A stretch of DNA of 20,000 nucleotides from an uncultured virus (IMG/VR IMGVR_UViG_3300025127_000026) (taxonomy: Duplodnaviria > Heunggongvirae > Uroviricota > Caudoviricetes > Crassvirales), in the IMG/VR virus record IMGVR_UViG_3300025127_000026. One strand, written 5' to 3'. A model generated the notes under the pieces. That model saw nothing but the letters and a program-made list of their open reading frames with translations. It had not been told where the DNA came from and searched no databases. Positions 14,842 to 20,000 of the stretch are shown here, piece after piece; position 1 is the stretch's first letter, and the number at the start of each line of letters is the position of its first letter. Made by a program: the position numbers and the translations under genes.

Positions 14842-14976
14842 ATGAAAACAATAAAAGTAACTATGAAGGAAATATACGACGCTATGCGTCCTTCAGTGCA
14901 GAAAAATAAAAAGAAGTACACACGCAAAACTAAACACAAGAAAAATGGCGAAGAAAAGAACTATAAACGAACTTAG
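14842..14976 (+). CDS. 44 aa basic peptide, ArfA-like motif (not in ORF track)
   Basis: MKTIKVTMKEIYDAMRPSVQKNKKKYTRKTKHKKNGEEKNYKRT. Confidence 0.6.
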   Translation: MKTIKVTMKEIYDAMRPSVQKNKKKYTRKTKHKKNGEEKNYKRT

Positions 14977-15376
14977 ACAAACCAAAGATGCGGTCTATAC
15001 TAATCCAAGCGCTAATAAAGGTTGGGATATAGAAGGTCACATAAAATATAATAAAGAAATAAGCAATCAAGGTGGTGACTTTATAAAACCAACTAACGAA
15101 CCAGCTAAAACAACAGGAGAAATAATGAATCCAAGTAAATACACAGAAAACGATTTAGAACAAGCTAAATGTTCTATAGCAGAAAAAATAACTAAGCATA
15201 TGAATGACACTATATTCGAAATAGTGTGCGAAGAAATGAGTAATAACTATTTATTTCAATCAGATAATTACTTAACTGAAGCAGGCTATGATATGTTTGA
15301 AGATGAGTGGTTTGAATTTTACCACGAACATCACGGAGATATTATGCATCAAGTAATGCAAAATATTACAAACTAA
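14945..15376 (+). CDS. hypothetical protein, basic N-terminus and acidic C-terminus
   Basis: ORF track. Confidence 0.8.
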   Translation: MAKKRTINELRQTKDAVYTNPSANKGWDIEGHIKYNKEISNQGGDFIKPTNEPAKTTGEIMNPSKYTENDLEQAKCSIAEKITKHMNDTIFEIVCEEMSNNYLFQSDNYLTEAGYDMFEDEWFEFYHEHHGDIMHQVMQNITN

Positions 15377-15403
15377 ATACGAACACTAACAGATCATAAT
15401 AAT
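15367..15403 (+). promoter_or_regulatory. repeated phage promoter-like motif, copy 7 (leaderless geometry)
   Basis: tacaaacTAAATACGA-acactaaca-GATCAT-aataat-ATG(15404). Confidence 0.85.
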
Positions 15404-15598
15404 ATGAAAAAATTTAATCAAATGGAGTCTAATCTTATCTGCGATGCTTTACAATTTTATGTAGCTCAAGTAGAAAGAGATATATTACAAATGGAAAAAG
15501 ATGGTAAAAGATCTATCTTTGCACAAGGTTTTTATACTCAAGTATCAAAAGAGCTAAAAGACAAAGTTAAGACTATGACTAAAAAACAAAAAGTATGA
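15404..15598 (+). CDS. hypothetical protein
   Basis: ORF track. Confidence 0.8.
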   Translation: MKKFNQMESNLICDALQFYVAQVERDILQMEKDGKRSIFAQGFYTQVSKELKDKVKTMTKKQKV

Positions 15599-15828
15599 CA
15601 CTATACGACAAACTTAAACCAGAAATCAAAGCTAAACTCGAAGAAAACTATAAAGAATATAAAACAGTAAGCTTTATCTTTGATAAATTAAAATCAACAG
15701 ACTATTACTCTGAGTTAACTATTGATGATATAAGATCTATATGCACATTCGGCGACGTATGGCATCACGATCTTACTCAAACACAGTTAATTTATGGAGA
15801 ATGGCTAACAAATAAACCACAAATATAA
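15595..15828 (+). CDS. hypothetical protein
   Basis: ORF track; ATGA overlap. Confidence 0.8.
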   Translation: MTLYDKLKPEIKAKLEENYKEYKTVSFIFDKLKSTDYYSELTIDDIRSICTFGDVWHHDLTQTQLIYGEWLTNKPQI

Positions 15829-15833
15829 ATCTA

Positions 15834-16178
15834 ATGACAGAAAAACAATATGAAGATGCGTTAGTTGCACTAGGTTGCAAAGACGTTACAAGTAAAACAC
15901 AAAAGAAAAACGGCACTACAGCATTTAGGATGCCTGATGGTAAAAACATGGTTACTGAACACAAGTCAGGCTATATTAGAAGAACAATGCTAAGTCCAAC
16001 AGGTAGAGTAAGAAGTTGCTATCAACTAAATCCTCAATACCTTACAGATTATAAGTACTTTGACACTCATGGTAACGAAAAAACTTTTAAAAGAAATAAC
16101 AGAGCTCTTATATGGTCAAGAAAAGCAAGACTTAAAAGACTATTTTTATACACAATTAAAGCAGTAAATAATGGGTAA
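15834..16178 (+). CDS. basic hypothetical protein
   Basis: ORF track; DVTSKTQKKNGT...SGYIRR...YQLNP. Confidence 0.8.
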   Translation: MTEKQYEDALVALGCKDVTSKTQKKNGTTAFRMPDGKNMVTEHKSGYIRRTMLSPTGRVRSCYQLNPQYLTDYKYFDTHGNEKTFKRNNRALIWSRKARLKRLFLYTIKAVNNG

Positions 16179-16626
16179 TTACGCAAGAGAAGGACATATG
16201 CTTGATGAAAGAATGATTGAGCTTGTCAAAAATCATTTAGAACTATCAATATCTCAAAATATAAATGATTTTGATAACGTAGATTGTATGATCTATAATG
16301 AGTCAAGTGCAGATGGATATGATCTATGGGTTGTAACCAATGACAGTAGAAACGTTAGTATATGTGAAAATGTTTACTATTATGAAAATGATCTTGCAAA
16401 TGCTTTTGAAGAGCAAGTAAGATGGGGTGATAAAACTTTTTATATTGATAACTATGTGTACGAAGACGCTTACATTGAAGATAAACTCATTGAGATGTTT
16501 TCAGAAAATGTCGAAGATATTGTAGAAAATGATGAACTAGATATTACATTAGAAGAAGTTAATTATTTAAAGAAAGAATATGAACTCGAAGAAACTGAAG
16601 AAGCCGACAGCCCCGAAGTGGTTTAA
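16171..16626 (+). CDS. very acidic hypothetical protein
   Basis: ORF track; strongly D/E-rich. Confidence 0.8.
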   Translation: MGNYAREGHMLDERMIELVKNHLELSISQNINDFDNVDCMIYNESSADGYDLWVVTNDSRNVSICENVYYYENDLANAFEEQVRWGDKTFYIDNYVYEDAYIEDKLIEMFSENVEDIVENDELDITLEEVNYLKKEYELEETEEADSPEVV

Positions 16627-16852
16627 AGGCATGATATATACAAAAGGTGAGAAAGTTCAAAACCCTTTTTCAGGTGAAAGTTATGAGCTAACTGGTTTAG
16701 AACTAAGCATTTACGACTTTATTATAGGTTGTCAAATGGTTTTTGACTCAGCACCTAATACTATGACAAATAAAAGAATAACTGAATTTCAAAAAGCATT
16801 GAACTGGTTTAGGGTGAATAACCCTGAAGCATACTACGTGTTGTTAGATTAG
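16580..16852 (+). CDS. hypothetical phage protein
   Basis: ORF track; V.NPFSGE...L...E.SIYDFI.G...WFR.NNP.AY..LLD. Confidence 0.8.
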   Translation: MNSKKLKKPTAPKWFKGMIYTKGEKVQNPFSGESYELTGLELSIYDFIIGCQMVFDSAPNTMTNKRITEFQKALNWFRVNNPEAYYVLLD

Positions 16853-16866
16853 TAGTAGTTTAGTTT

Positions 16867-17035
16867 CCGCGAATAAGCGCGTGAGATGTGTAGAATAGCA
16901 ACTGCTCTGAATGTCAGACTTTCGAGTCCATCATCAGGACTATTCATCTTACTCACTTGGCAAGCTCGTACTTAAGATACCTCAGTCATGGCTGTATAGC
17001 TATATGAAGCGGGTGACGGTACGGGCTATTCGTGG
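16867..17035 (+). ncRNA. putative multi-stem structured RNA, ~170 nt
   Basis: Closing helix CCGCGAATAAGC/GCTATTCGTGG; GTGAG/CTCAC; GAATAG/CTATTC; GACT-TTCG-AGTC; CGTAC/GTACG; GC-richer than flanks. Confidence 0.6.
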
Positions 17036-17036
17036 T

Positions 17037-17234
17037 ATGAAACAATTCTTAAAATTTACAGTAATATGGATAAGTCAAAACTTAGCAACTCCATTTTGGA
17101 TTGTAGGTCATATACACTTATCTGTTAATGTATACAAAGATATTTACGAAATACTAAGCTCTATAGGTTTAAATATTATAGTAGCAATAGGTTTTTATAT
17201 AGATTATAAAACAAATACGAATACTAATAGATAA
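17037..17234 (+). CDS. small membrane protein, 65 aa
   Basis: ORF 16911-17234 trimmed to MKQFLKFTVIWISQNL...; two hydrophobic segments. Confidence 0.7.
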   Translation: MKQFLKFTVIWISQNLATPFWIVGHIHLSVNVYKDIYEILSSIGLNIIVAIGFYIDYKTNTNTNR

Positions 17235-17241
17235 TATTAAT
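17205..17241 (+). promoter_or_regulatory. repeated phage promoter-like motif, copy 8 (leaderless geometry)
   Basis: tataaaacAAATACGA-atactaata-GATAAT-attaat-ATG(17242). Confidence 0.8.
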
Positions 17242-17538
17242 ATGGATAAAAAAATAATGAATGAACTAGCTGATCTTATTGTAGCTAAGCTAGAATTAAA
17301 ACAACAACAATGGGATGATGAATTTCACAATTCTATTGCTGACATGTATGGTAAAGAAGGTCATAAAGAAGCTTTTGTAATGACAGAAGAAGAAATGTTA
17401 ATAGGTGAATTAGCGAGACTTCAAACTATATTAATGATATATGAAAATAACGAAGAATACGAAAAAGCTGCTATTGTACTTAGTAAGCTTAATGCAGTTA
17501 AAACAAAATTAAGAAAAGGAGATTACAATGACGATTAA
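17242..17538 (+). CDS. protein with C-terminal UVR (UvrB/UvrC)-like motif
   Basis: ELARLQ...ENNEEYEKAAIVLSKL resembles the E.YE.AA helical hairpin. Confidence 0.6.
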   Translation: MDKKIMNELADLIVAKLELKQQQWDDEFHNSIADMYGKEGHKEAFVMTEEEMLIGELARLQTILMIYENNEEYEKAAIVLSKLNAVKTKLRKGDYNDD

Positions 17539-18358
17539 ACCTATGCTAGCGCATAAATATAACCCTGACAAAGCTGATTACCCTGCATACATACAGCCAA
17601 AACTAGACGGCGTAAGATGTGTATTTACAAAAGACGGCGCATACAGCAGAACAGGTAAAGAGTTTATGAATGTAGATCACATTAAAAAAGCACTTAAAAA
17701 CTTTTTCAATGCTAATCCTACATTTATACTAGATGGTGAATTATATAACCACGGACTAAAAGATGACTTTGAAAAGATTATATCTTTAGTAAGAAAAACT
17801 AAACCAACTGAAGAACACAAGCAAGAAGCTGCAGAACTTATACAATATCACGTGTATGACGTAGCTAATCTTGCTCATGCTACATACACTAACAGACTAA
17901 ACATACTAACTAGCTCATTTACGTATACATATCCTATATGTAAAGTTGAAACTAAAATTGTACTAGACTATGACGAAGCTGTTAAACAACACAATAAATA
18001 CTTAAAACTAGGTTACGAAGGTAGTATATACAGATCTACAGATGGTAAATATAAAAATACTAGATCATGGGACTTAATGAAGTTCAAAGATTTTGAAGAC
18101 TCAGAAGCTACGATCGTAGGCTATGAAATAGGTAAAGGTAAGAGACAAGGCACGGTTGGTAAGTTCATCATGCAAGATGACGAAGGCGTAGAATTCGGTT
18201 GTCCACCGGGTAAAGGCTACAACTACAAGGATCTTGCAGGTATGCTCGATAACATTAGTGACTATATAGGTCAACGTGCTACCTTTACTTATTTTCAACG
18301 AACTCAAGCAGGTTCTTACAGGCATCCGCTATACAAATGTATTAGGAACTATGAATAA
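17528..18358 (+). CDS. ATP-dependent DNA ligase, minimal (nucleotidyltransferase plus OB domain)
   Basis: KPMLA; motif I QPKLDGVR; motif III LDGELY; IIIa YHVYDV; IV GYEGSI; V LMKFK; C-terminal YRHP. Confidence 0.95.
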   Translation: MTIKPMLAHKYNPDKADYPAYIQPKLDGVRCVFTKDGAYSRTGKEFMNVDHIKKALKNFFNANPTFILDGELYNHGLKDDFEKIISLVRKTKPTEEHKQEAAELIQYHVYDVANLAHATYTNRLNILTSSFTYTYPICKVETKIVLDYDEAVKQHNKYLKLGYEGSIYRSTDGKYKNTRSWDLMKFKDFEDSEATIVGYEIGKGKRQGTVGKFIMQDDEGVEFGCPPGKGYNYKDLAGMLDNISDYIGQRATFTYFQRTQAGSYRHPLYKCIRNYE

Positions 18359-18446
18359 ATGTGAATTTTGCGGCAAGTTTATGACAGAAAAAGAATATAA
18401 CTTCTGTGATATTTGCCCTAATTGTAGAGATGAAAATGAAGAATGA
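18351..18446 (+). CDS. 31 aa zinc-finger microprotein (not in ORF track)
   Basis: MNKCEFCGKFMTEKEYNFCDICPNCRDENEE; overlaps the ligase stop. Confidence 0.7.
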   Translation: MNKCEFCGKFMTEKEYNFCDICPNCRDENEE

Positions 18447-18654
18447 AGAAGAACACTGTCATTACTCAGGTTTACCTTCACCTAAAGCTTATGAAAAAGA
18501 TTTAGATTATGACGGTATGGGTAATCAAGGTAGAATACCTAAACCAAAAGAACAATATGGTTTAGACTATGCTAGAATATTTTTATATTGTGCAATAGTT
18601 TTATTTACTGCACTTTTAATACACTTTATATATGAATATATTTTATTTACATAA
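18430..18654 (+). CDS. small protein with HCHYSGLPSP motif and C-terminal TM helix
   Basis: ORF 18406-18654 trimmed to ATG 18430. Confidence 0.7.
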   Translation: MKMKNEEEHCHYSGLPSPKAYEKDLDYDGMGNQGRIPKPKEQYGLDYARIFLYCAIVLFTALLIHFIYEYILFT

Positions 18655-19117
18655 AGATCCAGTTAAAGCTGCGCAGTATCAATACAACAAACATATTGTT
18701 AAAATGATCTTAGAATCAGCCCAGATGCTATGTACGGCACATCATGAGATAATGGGAGACGATGCAAATGTACCATATAAACGTGCACATGTAAATCACC
18801 CATCAACTATATGGTGTCGTAGATCAGCTGAAAATTATACATGGTTATATATACATATGCTAGCTTTAGGTAATGAATACTCAAGGCGATATGGAAAGAC
18901 ACATTTAAGCATAACTAAGTGCGGTATACCACTAGGTAAACTGCCAGGTGGTTTAGCTTATACAGGCTTTACGCAACCACCTCAATGTATGCCTGATGAA
19001 TATAAAGATGACTGCAGCATAAAAGCTTATTGGAATTATTACATAGGCGAAAAACATGATGTTGCAGGTAAATACGAAAAGATATATGAGAAAATTGATA
19101 TGGAAGCTTTACAATGA
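18632..19117 (+). CDS. pyrimidine-dimer DNA glycosylase / T4 endonuclease V-like family protein
   Basis: MNIFYL...KHIVKMILESAQMLCTAH...HVNHPSTIW...NYTWL...EYSRRYGKTH...PQCMP...AYWNYY. Confidence 0.85.
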   Translation: MNIFYLHKDPVKAAQYQYNKHIVKMILESAQMLCTAHHEIMGDDANVPYKRAHVNHPSTIWCRRSAENYTWLYIHMLALGNEYSRRYGKTHLSITKCGIPLGKLPGGLAYTGFTQPPQCMPDEYKDDCSIKAYWNYYIGEKHDVAGKYEKIYEKIDMEALQ

Positions 19118-19172
19118 TAACATGATAAGCGAAGAAGTAGCACATATGTTACTAGATAAATACTACGAATGA
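19086..19172 (+). CDS. 28 aa microprotein (not in ORF track)
   Basis: MRKLIWKLYNDNMISEEVAHMLLDKYYE; ATGA overlap with 19169. Confidence 0.55.
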   Translation: MRKLIWKLYNDNMISEEVAHMLLDKYYE

Positions 19173-19366
19173 GAAATTACAAAAACGAACTAATTAAGTA
19201 TCTTAAATACAAAAAGCATTATGCTTATGTAGAACAAAGAACTGTACAATTAAGAGCTAAAATATGTAGAGATGCTACATTATACGGTACTATAGGTACA
19301 GTTACAAGAAAATTATACTTAAAATACAATAAATATCTAATTAAATTAAAAAATGGCAGGAAGTAA
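19169..19366 (+). CDS. basic hypothetical protein
   Basis: ORF track. Confidence 0.65.
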   Translation: MRNYKNELIKYLKYKKHYAYVEQRTVQLRAKICRDATLYGTIGTVTRKLYLKYNKYLIKLKNGRK

Positions 19367-19499
19367 AAGAGATTATATGAATTACTATGATCATGCGACG
19401 TTACATGATGTGATACAGAAGTATAACCTTGATATGGAAGAACAAGAAGAATACATGATGTATGAAACATTGTGTGACACAAGGTCTAAAAATAAATAG
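19353..19499 (+). CDS. 48 aa hypothetical protein (not in ORF track)
   Basis: MAGSKRDYMNYYDHATLHDVIQKY...TRSKNK. Confidence 0.6.
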   Translation: MAGSKRDYMNYYDHATLHDVIQKYNLDMEEQEEYMMYETLCDTRSKNK

Positions 19500-19517
19500 T
19501 AATAGGCTAATGTCATA
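19473..19517. promoter_or_regulatory. TGACA-type inverted repeat, site C, overlapping ATG 19510
   Basis: TGTGACA-N31-TGTCATA; reverse complement of right arm TATGACATTAGCCTATTACTAT is close to the left arm of site B. Confidence 0.75.
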
Positions 19518-20000
19518 TAGAGCTATGAAATACCTAAATGATAACCGCATCGTGTACAGGAAGTATTCAGAAGATCAACCAACTCAAGAATATGAGTGGG
19601 GTTGGTACTATGCTGATGGTACTCACGGGTATTATAGTCTATTTAATAGTGATGCTAAGATTAATACTTTAAGATCTTTAAAATGGCATTTATTAACTTT
19701 ATGGTGGTTAAATCCTGATATGAGTTTAGATAAATTCAAACAATTATCTGAAGTTATTTGTTATAAACCAAATGGATTTGTTACATTTAATATACCTGAA
19801 GAATTATTAAATCAAGTTGTACAAGACGTTTTTATGCAAGATCTTGAAAGACCACCTAAAAACAAGCTGCGTAAAGTAGTGTTTAAAGATGGGACAGGAT
19901 TAGATAAAAAACAAAAGCTTAGTATTGTAGGACAATTAATAGGTAGAAAAAGTATGGATGAAGAAAGAATTTACCAATGTATGTTAGATTTACATGATAT
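19510..20000 (+). CDS. hypothetical protein, 3'-truncated (at least 163 aa; not in ORF track)
   Basis: Open from ATG 19510 to the window end: MSYRAMKYLNDNRIVYRK...SLKWHLLTLWWLNPD...RKVVFK...KLSIVGQLIGR... Confidence 0.85.
   Translation, partial: MSYRAMKYLNDNRIVYRKYSEDQPTQEYEWGWYYADGTHGYYSLFNSDAKINTLRSLKWHLLTLWWLNPDMSLDKFKQLSEVICYKPNGFVTFNIPEELLNQVVQDVFMQDLERPPKNKLRKVVFKDGTGLDKKQKLSIVGQLIGRKSMDEERIYQCMLDLHD

Noticed and set aside
14738..14842. Canonical tRNA or full tmRNA
   Set aside because: No D-arm or 7-nt anticodon loop at tRNA spacing and no CCA; far too short for tmRNA, with no G3-U70 Ala identity pair
16867..17035. Hammerhead ribozyme or retron msr/msd
   Set aside because: No CUGAnGA/GAAA core found; no reverse transcriptase in the window
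16911..17036. N-terminal extension of ORF 16911-17234; similarly 9818-9919 and 1238-1306
   Set aside because: These overlap structured RNA, regulatory repeats or the amidase; downstream ATGs fit the gene packing better
10137..17241. Repeated motif as a CRISPR array or integron attC series
   Set aside because: Copies are degenerate, non-palindromic and separated by 0.3-1.8 kb of genes; no cas gene or integrase in the window
19069..19089. TAAATACGA as a ninth promoter copy (also partial matches near 11090 and on the minus strand near 738-746)
   Set aside because: No GAT after the 9-nt spacer
11689..19482. Minus-strand ORFs in the right arm (11689, 14625, 15773, 18101, 19225)
   Set aside because: Antisense to a fully tiled plus-strand gene array or to the structured RNA

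Overview
This AT-rich 20 kb window is most likely from a tailed dsDNA phage. The host is probably marine Bacteroidota/Flavobacteria, inferred from the absence of Shine-Dalgarno motifs, A-rich start contexts and a Gln-at-+1 type signal peptide. It has two divergent arms that meet in a non-coding strand-switch region at about 9820-10190. The left arm (minus strand, late-type) encodes a fibre-like repeat protein, groEL followed by groES, a run of very basic low-complexity small proteins, and a lysis cassette (holin candidate, T7-lysozyme-like amidase, membrane protein). The right arm (plus strand, early-type) has about 40 small tightly packed ORFs, a DksA/TraR-like zinc finger, a minimal ATP-dependent DNA ligase, a pyrimidine-dimer glycosylase-family protein and a truncated unknown ORF. 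Four non-coding signals stand out. (1) Eight copies of a fixed-geometry motif TAyAAAnTAAATACGA-N9-GATAAT; in five the ATG starts exactly 12 nt after the G of GAT, suggesting a leaderless phage promoter. (2) Three related 45-47 bp TGACA...TGTCA inverted repeats, two around the strand switch and one over the start codon of the last gene. (3) A tRNA-like RNA directly upstream of an unannotated ArfA-like peptide. (4) A second ~170 nt multi-stem RNA that also ends just before an ATG. All calls were made by eye; no database searches were run.
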